A DNA stretch of 64,000 nt, from positions 141,174,001-141,238,000 of the forward strand of contig OZ038378.1 of assembly GCA_964036045.1 (NCBI GenBank). Direction: 5' to 3'. Under the pieces are notes generated by a model, which ran no database searches, was not told the origin of the DNA, and worked only from the letters and a program-made list of their open reading frames with translations. The translations under genes and the position numbers were made by a program. The stretch's first letter is position 1; the number at the start of each line of letters is the position of its first letter. Shown in pieces: positions 24,863-37,599 of this stretch. The DNA comes from Eutreptiella sp. 'Long Island Sound 2002'. Its lineage: Eukaryota > Protista > Euglenida.

Positions 24863-25599
24863 CTGCATGTGGCAAGCAGGCAAAGGAGGAGATGACAGGG
24901 GGAGCAAAGATGGAGGAGGGGAGAATAGCCAATTGGATAAAGGAAGCATGAACGATGGGGTAACAGGTACGGACGAAAGGGAGGAGGTGACATTCAGGGG
25001 CTGAGGAAAGGGATGAGAAGAAGAAGCTCAGAGCGATGGGGGTGGGGGATGGGGGACAGGGAAAGGGGAGGGGGTGAGTCTCACCGATTGGATGGGTGTG
25101 AAAAGCTTCAGCGTGCACCTGGCAATGTGGGCTTTCGCTAAGGTCCCCACAATTCGAGTTCGACCCAAGAGCACACTGCTTTCATGTTTCATTCGATTTT
25201 CACCTTCGAAGTCTGTCACCATGGTCACCTGGGTCACCGTGGCCGCCTTGGTTGCCAAGGTGACCACACTCCCTCGAACCAATGCATGTCCCCTGCGACA
25301 TGCCAAACGGTACGGAGAGAAAGGGACCAACGACAGGTGACATAGGTTGGTTGACATCCAAAATCAGCATCAGGGGAGAAAGGAACATGAATCAGGGGAC
25401 AATAGTTGTGCCACACTGAGAGATGCCATCATATTTTTTTCAGATCCATTTGGCATGGACCTTACCTCGGCTCTTCAAGGCTCTTTCATTGCCTAAGCTC
25501 ACTCAAGCCCAGTCACACTGACGGGACTAGGGGCGCATCATCACGCAGACAATTTGATTCGCCGGGTCCGAGCTTGGTGATGGCCTTGAGCATCAAAAT

Positions 25600-28210
25600 G
25601 AATCGCCATTGGTGCAATTCAAGATGCAAAATCACAACCAATGGAGATGCATCTTTTCTATCAACAAGATGAGATACCAATCTTGCACGCGAAATCCGGC
25701 GCAAAATATCCACCAACAATGTGGGATGTGTGTATTGCAGTACAAAGAAACACATGCACAACACCACTCCTGAGTGGAAAGATTAACCGTTGACAGTAAT
25801 GCAAAGCGAATGAGCTTCAGCATACCAAACCGCCAAAAAAATTCAGTTTGTAAATTCTCGTCACTAGTTCGATAATATGTCAGCCCAAGCGGTTCAGAGA
25901 GCAACTTCCACAGGTGTACATATGACAATTGCAGCTCTGAAGGTTCTACGGCAATTTCAGCGACAGCTGGCTGTTTTGGGGGCATCATGGCATAATAAGA
26001 TGTATGAACAACTTTGTCGCAAGTCATTTTCATGCCTTTGTCGACCCAATTTGGCCTTATTTTGGCTCATGCTAGGGGTCATTAAGTGCGTTGATATGAC
26101 CTTCAGTAATTGCAAAGTTGGAGCCCTTAAGGACCCTGTGGAGTGACTATCAAATAGGTCCCCTCCAAAGCTTGTGCTCAAACCAATGCTTTTCGGTTGC
26201 TTTACAATTCCTTGGGCCATTTCGGCCATCAAATTGTGGCTCCAATGGCATCTAGCGGTAGGACCCAATAGGGCTCAATCTAAGGGCTTGCTAGGGCCCA
26301 CTATGCAATTGCATAGGGGTCGAGGTGTGCATTTCGGACGGGTGAAAACCACAAAATATATAAAAATTGGAAGAATGCAGTGATCTAGAGACTACCTCAT
26401 GGTATTCATGTACATCTCTATCTTGTATTTCAAGACGGCTATCAGAAGAAATCATGAGGATCCTTAATACCCGTGAATGCGTTCAAATAGCGCGATTTCT
26501 TTTCCAAAAAGATTTTTGGGGGGACACACACGGATGAGGAGTAAGGGGGGTGGGACAAGGAACAAGAGGACATGTCAGACTTCATTTTGCATCTGCTGTG
26601 GTCAAAATACTGATGAAATGGTGGCGCTCAGTTATACGAGCCGGATTGTTGTCGTCGCTGTGATTGTTGTTTTTGCAGCAGCAGCAGCTGCTGCTGTTTT
26701 TTGTTGTGGACAACGGCGACAATGTTGTTGGTGTTGTTGTTGGTGGTGGTGTTGTTGCTGCCGTTTGGTGGGCCAAGGCTTGGTTTCGCAAGACGCTGCA
26801 TGGCAATGGCTTGTTTGCACTACGCGATATACCATTAAAAGTGCCTTTCCCTTGCAATCTCACATGGAAATACTTGTGAAAGTGTGTATTTTGCCCACAC
26901 AGGGCCATGGATTCAAGCAGTCTGAGGAGCATCAATTGAGACATGTTGACATGTAAAGCGAAAGTCCTACAAATTCCTTGAAAAATGGGTATTTTGTAAA
27001 TCTTCTTGAGCAAACCTACAACATTGCTGTAAAGTCCTCCTATAAAGTCCACCTGTTACTCCTCCGCCATCCTCCTCACATAGGTTCAATATCCATCTGC
27101 ACCCCTTTCATTTCCTGATCATTGTTGAGAATGGACTGTTGTATTTGGAACTACCAGCACGAACATAATAGGCATAATAGTGTTTGTCCTCAATTCTCAT
27201 GTTGAAACTAGGCCAAAGATGGCTGCTTTTCACCCAAAAACGTTTTAAACGACTACTACGCCGAGCCGGGACTAGGAAATAGCTACTTTCCATTGCTTTT
27301 CAGTTTTCAATCATTGGAGAGTTGAATTGGCTCTTTTGGAAATACAAAACTTGGTGTAGCAGCGATCTTCGCGATGTTTCAGGACAACATTGTTCTGGAA
27401 AATGAATGTGGCTCAATTTGGAAGCACTGCCTTGGAACACCAGCACTCAGCCCTAAGTGCAGCTGCATCCCTCACCCCACAACATGCACAAATGGCGGTT
27501 GTGGCCAACTAAAACGGCTGTGGCATGGGCCCGCAGCTTGAATTATGGCTTCTGCCCTTCCCAATTTGCATCTGTCAGTGTCAGGGTCAGTTTGGATTGA
27601 CGAACAGTGGCGGCTGTAGGCGAACCAATTTTTGCCAACCACAGCACAAAACAAGCCCAAAATGGCGCTTTTGCTTCCAAAACACCTGTGCCACTGCAGG
27701 CTGTTTTCTGGGGTCCTCCTTCAACAGGTGCACTTTGTGTTCCCATGTCACCTGTGCCAAGTTCAGTGGTCGTGCTGCTGTGATGAACTCGAATCATACC
27801 AATAGTTGTGTTGACTAATAAAACTCTGCGTAACCTTAACTAGGAAATATTCCGACTTGTGGTGCATCAGCTTGGCATGTCATATGTGCAGAACACAGCA
27901 CAGATGTTGGGCATTCCTGATGACAACAAACTATGCACACAGAGGAAGCCACCACATTGAGCAAACACACTCTGTCTTTGTCATTGGTAGAGGTGTAAAT
28001 TTGGGCGTGATGTAGGCCGCGCAGTGCTGCTGAGAACTGCCTTATGTGCCACTGCTGCTCCAGGCCAAAAAGACAGTGCACATGCAGAAGGCATTGATAG
28101 ATTGTGCTGTGCATAAAGGCAGTGAGAAACGCTGCTAGGTGTGCACCAAAGGTAGAGAGATCCTGCTGTGTATGTGCACCACTTAGGGAGTGGTACCACA
28201 GCATCTGTGC
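25600..28210 (-). pseudogene. Decayed MULE-like transposase remnant (second lineage) in an intron of gene 2
   Basis: 27836-28204: DLSTFG...NDKD...VLCSAHM resembles MULE D...D-(C-x2-H). 25632-26033: ENLQTEFFWR (E-type motif) followed by VNLSTQEWCCAC (SWIM-like). Fragmented, in several frames. Confidence 0.45.
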
Positions 28211-28698
28211 ATAATGCTGCTCTGCGTGTATGGGCGTGCATGCGTGTGTGCCTCAGGCATGGCACGGAAGATCACTAAATCCTTTGTTGGGACTCCACAT
28301 AAACAGCCAGCTTATGAAAAAGTACCACTGGGTACTCATTACATCTCCTGTGCAAATACAGGGTCTGAGGTACCGTAGGGGGACATAACAAAGTAAAAGC
28401 CAAATGCTTGGGGAAATAGTTCATTTTCATTTTCAAACTCTTCTGGTCTAGGACCTTTATTCAGTATTCGCCATGAACCATCCGGATTCAGTATCAATGG
28501 GATAAATTGTATTGCCTTCGGCAGTGCACCTCGAAGAGAGGCAAACAGTCAGTCAATCAGTCAGTGAGTCAGGCAAGCCGTCATTCAGGCAGTCAGTGGG
28601 CAAGCAGGCAGGCAGACAGACAGACAGAACACACAGTTTGGGTTTTTCAGTGGCGGACTTGGCTACAAACAGTGGGGAGCCCTATATATAGCAGGACA

Positions 28699-28770
28699 AT
28701 CGGCGGTCCAGTGGTAATGCACTTGACCGCCAACAATCAAGTCGGCGGTTTGATTCCTGGCCGGCCGACA
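28699..28770 (+). pseudogene. Degenerate tRNA-like sequence / SINE head
   Basis: tcggc/gccga acceptor stem, A-box-like ccagtggtaatg, cttga/tcaag stem with an abnormal 10-nt loop, B-box-like ggtttgattcc. Confidence 0.5.
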
Positions 28771-30039
28771 ATAAACTTGATTGCACCTGACCCTTGTTCA
28801 AAACCCTCTGAGGACCCCCCCCCCCCCCCCCGCAACCCCCCCAAAACAATCTGATATCCAGTTTCAGGGGATGGAGGCCTCAGAATCAAAAAATCCATTA
28901 GGGAATCGCTTTATTGGGCAAAATCATGATTTTACAAGGGGTTGCACATCCAATATCATGCCTTGGGGTATGCTAGTTTGGGAGGACTGGGGTGGCAAGC
29001 AAACCGTCATGCATTGTTCGCTTGTTTCTCTGGACACCATTGCGTTCTGCTGGTGCACGCGTTCGTCAGCTGCATCATGGCAAGTGCCAGGGCCAAGGCA
29101 AGGTGTTTTTCTTGGGCTGGTGTTGAAACTGAGGCTGGAGGGTGGAGGGTGGAGTTGCAATGTCATAGCCACAGGATTGACGCTGTGTTGTGGATACACA
29201 AACGACCCCCAAAAAGGGGATTATACGATGCGCTTGATCTAACAACCTCTCTTCGAGGTGATTTCTGAACAATAGGGATCGAATGCGGCCTTGGCAAAAA
29301 TGTGTCACAACCAAGTGCACGTACCCGACAGCCCGCTGATGACCCCCAAAGTTCTGTTCAAAGGTGTGAGCGTCCCCACTTCACATCTCTGCCCAGGGCG
29401 CCCAAACATGGGAGTGTGCCAATGCTGTGTCAGCGAGGGTCGGTATGGCCCCATTGAAGCGCTTTGCGTTGTTTGCATTTATACCCTCATCACATATTCA
29501 CTTCAGCACTGAAGGTTGCGGGTCAAGGTGAGGTGCGGAGGTGGGGGGGGAATAAGGGCTGAGTGAGGATGCCGGGTGGTACTTCCGGGTGTCCCTACGG
29601 GTCCGCCTTTTGAGGAGGGAATCCTCCACGCATGGATCGGGGGGTTGGGTGCTCATGCACTGGGTTGGGGTTCAAGGGGGCGGGTTCGAAAACTGTGACA
29701 ATGTCCCCATTCAGGAACTGCCTCACCCGCTGGCACCACAACTTTCGGGGCTGGCGCCCAGCATAATGCCCCCGCCGGGTGGGGGCGGCGGCGGGGGGCA
29801 TGGGCATCAACTGTCCCACTGTCCCACTCATCCGTGACTCTCTGTCTCCTCTTCTGCCGCTTGACCAGGATGAGAATTCCGGGTCTTACCGCTGGGATCG
29901 GTTAGCAGTGACGAGGGTTGGGGGGGGGATTGCGTCGGCTACTGCCAAGAGACAGCACATCTGCCAGCGAAGCACGGGCCTGGGTGGGTGCGTGGGTGGG
30001 CGGTTGGGAAAGTAAGAACCGGATCAACGTGGGGCAGAC

Positions 30040-30138
30040 CTCGTGCGTGTGCAGCTGCCAATTGCGCGACTCCTGATCCGCGATGGCCAGACGCTCCTGC
30101 TCCTCTTTGAACTCCAGCTGCCGTACGACCAGGCAGTC
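30040..30138 (-). CDS. Coiled-coil gene 2, exon
   Basis: CAG|GAC...GAG|GTCTGC, 99 nt: DCLVVRQLEFKEEQERLAIADQESRNWQLHTHE. Confidence 0.85.
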
Positions 30139-30311
30139 CTGTGAGACGACACGCATGCCCAGAAGGGGCGAGGGAGGGACACAACGGTGTCTGACTCCGC
30201 ACAATCACCCACCAACTGCCACCAGAGCTTCTCCACAAGAAGTGTGTATGTCTGCCTGCCAATGCGGCTGCCACGAGTCCTCAGCGACCCACCGGTCGTC
30301 CGCCCTGACAC

Positions 30312-30482
30312 CTGCAGCCGTGTCTGCATTTCCTGCCGCGCAGTGGCTTCCTGAAGGTACATCAGCAGTTGCTCCCAGGCCTTCGCCTCAACGCCTGCAA
30401 TGCGATGGAACTGACGCACGACTGCAGTGAGCATTTCCTGCCGCTTCTGGGAGTCAGCCCGCCGCCGCATTTCCACAGTCTC
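30312..30482 (-). CDS. Coiled-coil gene 2, exon
   Basis: CAG|GAG...CAG|GTGTCA, 171 nt: ETVEMRRRADSQKRQEMLTAVVRQFHRIAGVEAKAWEQLLMYLQEATARQEMQTRLQ. Confidence 0.85.
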
Positions 30483-31109
30483 CTGGACAGCATCAACGCA
30501 AGGGGGCCACCGGGCGCAATCATCCGGAAGACAAGGACAGACACCCCGAAACACAAAACGAACGCAGGAGGCTCATGAGCGACGGCATTGACTTGAGTGC
30601 ATGTCACGGGTTGGCTGTTCAAGGCTTCAGAGATCGATGAGAAGACAAAATCTTGCGAGGCAGGGGGCAGGGGGTTATGGACAACCAGAAATGCCAGTCC
30701 GGAGCACTGAGTTGTGGTGCGTTGTGGCGTGTTAGGCTGTGCTGCAGTTGCAGTGCGTAGCAGTCCCCTGTAGTATGCCCTGCAGGGCGTGCATTGCCAT
30801 GTGCTGCAGTGTGCTACAGCCTGTTGCACCGCAGCAATGCGATGCAGTGCACTGCAGTACGCTGAGATGTGCCGCAGTGTGCGTGCGTTTGCTGCGGCTG
30901 CGGGGTGTGTGCCCCCGGACGTGGTGTGGTGGGAGTGCTCTGCGGCGTGCGGCATGGGGGTGCCGCCGTCATGCCGCGAAGCGCCGCTGGGGGGCTGCAG
31001 GATCCGCGCCCCGTGTACGTTGCATTCTGCCGGGCTCATCCCTGCAAAGCCTGGGCAGCAGCAGCCGCAGGGGCTGCTCCAGTGGCCGTGGGGTCTCGAG
31101 GGGGCACAC

Positions 31110-31208
31110 CATAAAACACGTCGTGGGGTCTCGATGGCGGAAGTGCAGCTGCTTGAAAAACTGCTGGTCGCTTTCTGCGTCCAAACGGTCCTCGTACTCC
31201 TTGAAGCT
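31110..31208 (-). CDS. Coiled-coil gene 2, exon
   Basis: TTTCCCTGCAG|AGC...ATG|GTGTGC, 99 nt: SFKEYEDRLDAESDQQFFKQLHFRHRDPTTCFM. Confidence 0.8.
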
Positions 31209-31439
31209 CTGCAGGGAAACGGGAGGTCATCCGCAAAAGTGGGCAGCTCCGTCCGCTGGCACTTCCGCCTCAAGGCACCGAATTGTGTTCAGTCGACGCG
31301 TGCCTTCAGGCCCTGGACGGTCAACGCTTTTTGGTGGTGCGGCCTTTCCGGACGGTTGTTCATCGAGATTCGGTCTGCGTCTGTGCTGACGGGACTCGCG
31401 GGCACACTTTGCTGCCGGTGGCATGCGTCCGCCCGCTCT

Positions 31440-32520
31440 AGGGACGCTCAGGAACGCTCTGGGGACGCTCTGGGGACGGTTCAGGGACACCCTGGGGACC
31501 CTCCGGGGACACCCCAGGGGCGCTCCGGGGGGCGCTCCGGGGACACTCTACGGATGCACCGAGCCTGCTCTGGGGACGCTGTAGGGACGCTCTGGGGACC
31601 AGGCCATTGCTTAGTGACTTACTGGGGGGGGGGTGGGGGTGAAATGGGCCCTCCCAGGATGTTGGCTGACCCACCCAGCCACCCTCAGACCCACCCACCC
31701 ACCTGCCGGATACCCTGAGGAGGAGGTCACAGAGCAATTTTGGATGAAACAAATTCAGGTTAACCACTCCATAGCAGGTGCTACTAGTGTGCACAACAGG
31801 GTTTGAAACCGCACCCATGATTTGTGACACTTGCGCTATAACTACTGGGTCATTTGCAGTCCCTGATGTCACTTGCTCGAGGACCCTATACGAACTGAAG
31901 TGAAAACAGGTTTGCACAAAGTGGCAGCACCCCCATGTGTCACAATGTGCCTCGGCCCATGAACAACATTGGCGGTCCACCAAGCTCAGCAACCCACCCA
32001 CCCACGCAACAAAGCGGACACCCCCCCCCCCTGGGAGGGTACGTGCATTTTTCCCAAGATCGGGGAAACCTCAGACAAACCCACCCACCCATCCTCAGAT
32101 CCCCCCCCCCCCCTGGTACAGTATCAACCAGCCACTAAGCAAAGACCTGCTGGGGACGCTGGCACCCCCAAAGCAACCCATAGAGTGTCCCTTGAGCGTC
32201 CCTAGCGCGGCCCCGGCGCATCCCCAGGGCATCCTTAGCACGTGCCTGGGGCGTTCCCAGAGGGTTCATAGCGTGTCCCTAGTGCGTCTCAAGAGCACCC
32301 CTTGTGTTTCCGAGGCACGTCCCGGCAGTGGAGTGTCTGGAGTGTGCCCCCGGCGCGCCCAGAGCCCAGGCCTAGCATGTCCCTGGCGCGTCCCTAGCGT
32401 GCCCCTTGCGTGCCCCTTGCGTGCCCCTTGCGTGGCCCTATAGCGTCCCTAGCTCGTCCCTGGGATGCCGCTTGCACGCGCCCAGCGCGTCCGTGGAGTG
32501 TCCCTCGAGCATCCCGAGGG
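31440..32520. repeat. Inverted GGGACGCT / GCGTCCC minisatellite arms with a nested ccacccaccc-type insert
   Basis: ggggacgctct repeats at 31440-31600 and gcgtccct/gcgtgcccctt repeats at 32190-32520. Confidence 0.55.
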
Positions 32521-32756
32521 GACATGGCTGCGTGCGTCAGCAGCTGAACGGCCACCAGGTGCCACCAGCAGAACATGCACCCAAGCGAAGATGACCACTG
32601 CTGGCTGGGCCGTCCCAGTCTAGTCAAGACTCAGCCAGAATGTGAGTCATGCATCAGGCTAAGAGTACTTCTGTATCAGGAGAAGGATGATCTGGCTGGG
32701 GGACACACTCACTCACTCACTCACCCAGGTTTGCCTCTAGGGAAGGCTCTTTGTAC

Positions 32757-33062
32757 CTGCAGTTTTAGCACCTCCAAGAAATCTGTGTACAAAATCGGAA
32801 GGACCTCCGATGAGGTGTCACGCAACTCCTCCAGCCACTGGCGGCCCAGCAGCTCTCTCTCTTCCAGCTCGTTGCGTTCCGTGGAGCTGATCTGTGACTC
32901 CAGCCACTGCAGGTGCTCCAGGCGCTCTCGCTCCGCTTTGAGTTGGCGCTCGCGCTCTGCCATTTCCAGTTCCCGCTGCTTCACGTAAGCCTCATCGTAG
33001 ATAATCCAAAGACTGAAGGGGTACGGCACCAACAGCTCCATCAGCTTCTCCTTCAGATTGTC
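32757..33062 (-). CDS. Coiled-coil gene 2, exon
   Basis: GCGCAG|GAC...CAG|GTACAA, 306 nt: DNLKEKLMELLVPYPFSLWIIYDEAYVKQRELEMAERERQLKAERERLEHLQWLESQISSTERNELEERELLGRQWLEELRD...LKLQ. Confidence 0.9.
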
Positions 33063-34090
33063 CTGCGCCGCACCAACACGAATGCACAAACGGAGTTGTA
33101 CCTTATGCAGGCACTGTGGAACTGCTTTGCTGCGCCCCTCGAGGAGGGGGGGCTGATGCAATCATGCACTGGAGGAACTGGCACACCATGCAATGCAGTG
33201 TGGAAGATGACAAGCCAGGCCTGCCTTCAGCAGACCGAGCTAGACAGTACATGTGAACCAACTGGGTAGACCTCTGAGAAGTTGGCGGAAACTGCCCCGT
33301 TACAGAGGCATATGGTGGGGAAAGGGTTCCCGTGGTGGGTATGCCATGAAGGGGAGGGCACGGGGCGTTGGGGGAAAAGGGCTCGGATGTTATTGGCTGT
33401 CGCGACCTCTATGAAACGGTCAACTTCATGAAACTGGTGATGGCTGAGCAATCCCTGCTCCCTTCCCTGTGTTGTGGGGGTTGTCAAGGTAAGGGTATGC
33501 TTTCACCCGGTGGGCAAGATGGAAGATAGACTGAGTGAGAGCGAGTGGGAAGAATGAGGGTGAGGAAGATACTGAAGGGAGGAGGGAGGGAACAAAATAG
33601 GTGACAGAGAATGAAAGGGTGGGGGCCCAAGAACCCGGGGGACGTGACCCCATGGAATCCCCGAGCCAAGGGGGTCCCACACATGCCTAGGTGGTGCCAT
33701 AGCATGAATGGGTGGGTGGGGGACCCGAGAACCCTGGGTACTTGGCCCCGTGGAACAGCAGGCCAGCCAAAGGGGTCTCAGGGGGTTCAAGCTGTGCTGC
33801 CATTTATCCGGGAGAGTACAGTCCGCGAGGGAGGCGGAAGGGCACCGCACCACCCAAGCAGGGGGTTCCCTAACAAAAAAAAATTGTGAGCGTCCGATAC
33901 AGCCTGCTTTGCCAAAGCCCATCATGCCCTGCCCTGTGCACCCGTACACAAAGACACACCCACAACACTGTGTGAGCGTTGCTGCACAACCCGGCTCTTG
34001 AAATGTCTTGAACCACACAACAAACGTTGTAGGACATTAGGGTTGTCATAACACAAACACAATGTCACAGTCACAGACATGCAAAACTTT

Positions 34091-34163
34091 GTATTTGCCA
34101 GGAATTGAACCAGCGACATCTTATCCTGAAGCACAGCACAATGTCCAACTCAGCTATGACCAT
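34091..34163 (-). pseudogene. Degenerate tRNA-like sequence / SINE head
   Basis: The minus strand has A-box tagctgagttgg and B-box ggttcaattcc at tRNA spacing. Stems are poor. Confidence 0.5.
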
Positions 34164-34749
34164 TTCCTGATGATACTGTGCATCAAAAGTCACCATAGCT
34201 CGAACATGCCCAGGACCAAAAAAGAAAGTGGCTCCCTGAACAAAAAATTGTGACCGTCCTTATGGGACCCCCTGCGCAGCCACCCCCTCGCTAGTAGGGC
34301 ACCACCCCCTCGCTAGTAGGGCACCAGTGGCCACACGCGCTAGGTGGGTCAGTGTGTAGGAGGGGATGAGGCGAAGTGCCGCATTGTAGCCGCCCCCAAC
34401 GGGGTTGTGCTCCCCAGGCACCGGAAGCAGAACCCCATTATAGTGAGGGCACCCTTGCACCTGGGGGAGCGAAGGCGTGTTCCTCATCCTTTCCAGCCTT
34501 CACACAAGGTTGTTCAGCCTGTGACCAAGGGCTTACCAACCACAGAGATCGATGGCCGGGAGGTGGGGGTTGTAAATGAAGAGGATTAAAGGTGGGCCAT
34601 GTTGGCCCCTTACCTCAACCCGGGGAGGCCATTGCCAAGTAATATTCCCTCTACTCAACCTGTTGTGTTCCCACCAAATAACCTACCGCCACCGGCACAC
34701 TCCCCAGGCACTTCCTCCCCCCCCCCCCCCCCCCCGAAGCGACTCCCTC

Positions 34750-35545
34750 ACCACACGGACAGATGGGCACGATGGATGGACGCCCGCAACGGGCGAATGC
34801 CTGCAACGGACGGGCGGGCGCAATGAATGGACGGGCGTGACGGAAGGACGGGTGTGACAGCTGCTACGGACGGATGGGCAGTAACGGTCGAATAAGAGCA
34901 ATGAGGGAGAGGCATGACTGACGGACGGACACTAACGATGGACGTCCGCAACAGACGGACCGGCGTGACGGACAGAAGAGAGCGGCAAACGCCCGCGATG
35001 GGACGAGCACGGCGGATGGACAGCAGCGACGGACAGACACCCGTGACGGACGGACAGGCATGACGGATGGACGGGTGCGACGGACAGATGGTTGCGACGG
35101 ATGGACGCCTGCGGCAGACGAACGCCCCCGATAGATGGACAGGCGCAATGGATAGACGAGCGTGACAGCGGACGGGCGCGAAGGATGGACAAGTGGGACG
35201 AACGGATGGGCAGTGATGCACGAGCAAGTGCGTAGGAGGGACATGCGTGATTTACCGACGCCTGTGACGGATGAACGGGCGCGCTATACAAATGCCCGTA
35301 GCAGACAGACATGCATGACGGACGGACAACCGCGACGGACGAAGGGGCGTGACGGACGGGCGGGCACAATGGACGGACAGGCACGACGGGCAAACGGGTG
35401 CGATGGATAAAGGACGTACACCAGCAATAGAAGGATGCCCGTGACATGTGGACGGGCGCGACAGGCGGACGGGCGCAACAGGTGGATGGGCATGACAAAT
35501 GGAAGCCCGCGAAGTTCGTCCGTCACGGATAGACGGACGGGAGCG
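34750..35545. repeat. Degenerate GACGG-based minisatellite
   Basis: Repeated gacggacgg/gatggacgg motifs. A short inverted relative lies at 17750-17830. Confidence 0.85.
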
Positions 35546-37020
35546 ACGGTCGCCTTGCACAAGAGCATGTTTCGCCCCAGCGTGGGGCGTGACCGCCAGT
35601 CCATGCTGCGCTAGGCACACAAGCTCTGCTGTAGCAAACTCTAGCCATTCTATGTGAGTTGCCGTGATTGGCACATGGCATGGCGGGCAGTAGGCTAGCC
35701 ATGCCATTCACATAGGGGCTTAGAGTCACATTGGTGAACCCACCTAGGCTCAAGAATGGATCCTGGTGCTAACTGAAGAGTGCGAGTTTTTGTGCACTTT
35801 GAATTCTCCTAAAAAAATCCGAGGATATTGAGTATAGACACATGGGGCGAAAACACATTTTCACCCTTTGCCATATCAAACAAAAATTGCTTGCGGCGCG
35901 ATGAGGCGGTCATCTTAAGCCATATATGTTGGGGTCCTGGAGCCCCCCCCCCCCCACCCCCCCGCCCTGAAAGTGGTCCGAAAGTGGGAAGGAGTTGGTG
36001 TATGGCTCGTTGCTACGCCCCCCTCCCCCCTGTGGGCAGGACGCATGGACGGGCAGGATTGATGGACGTGCGGGACGGACGGACGAACAAGACGAACGGA
36101 CTCCACCGCCTCCGTCCATCGCGGGAGTTCATCCGTGGGACCTGTTCGTCCGTTGCAACCGTCCATCCGTCGTGGGCCTTTGTCCATTGTGGGCGTCCTG
36201 TCGCGGGCGTCTGCCTTGAGCTCCGGTTTGCCGATCCTCCGACCTTGGAGGGGGCCTAAATGAGCGTGCGGCTGTTTACAATGGGGGGGGGGGGGGGGTG
36301 ACAGGTGGTGGCATCCGCGGGGACGGCTCATGGGTGCCAAGTGCGGTACTTGGGGTCCCGTTGAATAACCACACCATCCGAGGGGCGGAAGACGTGTTGC
36401 ACATGTCAGAGATGTGTGCATGCACTGGGCTGCAATGGGCCGCTCTTACGGCATGAGCGGGTGTAAAATGACGGCCAACGTGACGTGACTCATCATGTGA
36501 GCCCGTTGCCGTTGTAACCGCTGCTTTCTGGGTAGCACACGTGGCACGGCACACGGCGTTGTGCGCTCACGTCCCAAGCTACTGCGTACTACAGCGAGGT
36601 GCCACGGGGTGTCCCGATCAGGGCAACAAGGCCCAGACCCCAGAAGGTTATTCCCTTCGCCCAAAGTCTATAGTGGCAGCACGGCTCCCGTGGGCTAGCA
36701 TTGTGGGAACGGCGGGATACTGTGCCGGTGGTGCTCGACTTATATTCAGTGGACATCTCACCAATCCTGTCCCCATGCTCAAAGCCATGAGGTGTTGTGG
36801 AGCTTGCCGAGGACAAGTGGTGGTCCCTCTCCTAAGGGAGAGGCAAGGGCCAAGGCAAATCTCAGGGAAGCGATGGCCGGTTGCTAGACGGTGAATACGG
36901 AAGGAGTACCGTGATGTTCCCTTGACCACAAAATCAAACCGGTTATAGTATTAGGGCATTCTTTGATCCATGAACAGCCGGCATCGGGGAGTGAGCCTCT
37001 AGTGGGTACTGCTACAGGGG
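35545..37020. mobile_element. Split and partly inverted copy of the 11600-12800 repeat
   Basis: See the 11600-12800 feature; orientation differs between the two parts. Confidence 0.75.
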
Positions 37021-37599
37021 GTTGATAACTAAGCGACCCACCAAACCGAATCCCATCTAGCAAAATTCACGAGGTGTATCCCCCTATTGTGGGGCGATCG
37101 GCTCCTAGCCCAGTGGCATACGGGTGATACTCGATTTCCGTGTGCGCCGCACATGCATTTCTTGCATGCCCATTGGGCATGCGTGCCGAGACAACACATA
37201 CGGTGACCAAATACGATAGCGCACGTGTGCCGCCCCCTACCCTGTTTGACGCGGGTGGCCAAGGGGGTGTTGTGATCAAAGTGCAAGGGAAGGGTGAGGA
37301 AGGGCAGGGCGGCTGTGGGCGCCCTACGGCCTTGCGACGCACGCGATAGAGCTAGGAGAGCCATGAGGGTCGAGGGCCAAGGCTGGAGCTCTCTAGAAAT
37401 CTTGACTCGTTATTTGTTGAGTTCCCCGTGCAGCGACGGCTAGGCTGAGTTCCCCGTGCCGGGAATGCTGGGGTCTAGGGTGAGGATGACGGTGCATCAG
37501 GCACCCTTGACGAGCCCTTCATGCGCCCGCGGTGTGCCTATGAGACACCCTTAGTGAGCCAATGTTGCACCCATGATACAATTCTTGATTATCCCCGGC

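Noticed and set aside
33272-33433. Symmetric phase-0 candidate cassette exon (FHEVDRFIEVATANNIRALFPQ...NFSE) on the minus strand
   Set aside because: It has AG/GT ends, but the flanking exons join well without it and its second half is not convincingly protein-like. Needs RNA-seq.
34283-34326. 22-bp direct duplication (also 25 bp at ~12711-12762 and ~30 bp at 62756-62810)
   Set aside because: Simple local slippage duplications with no further structure.
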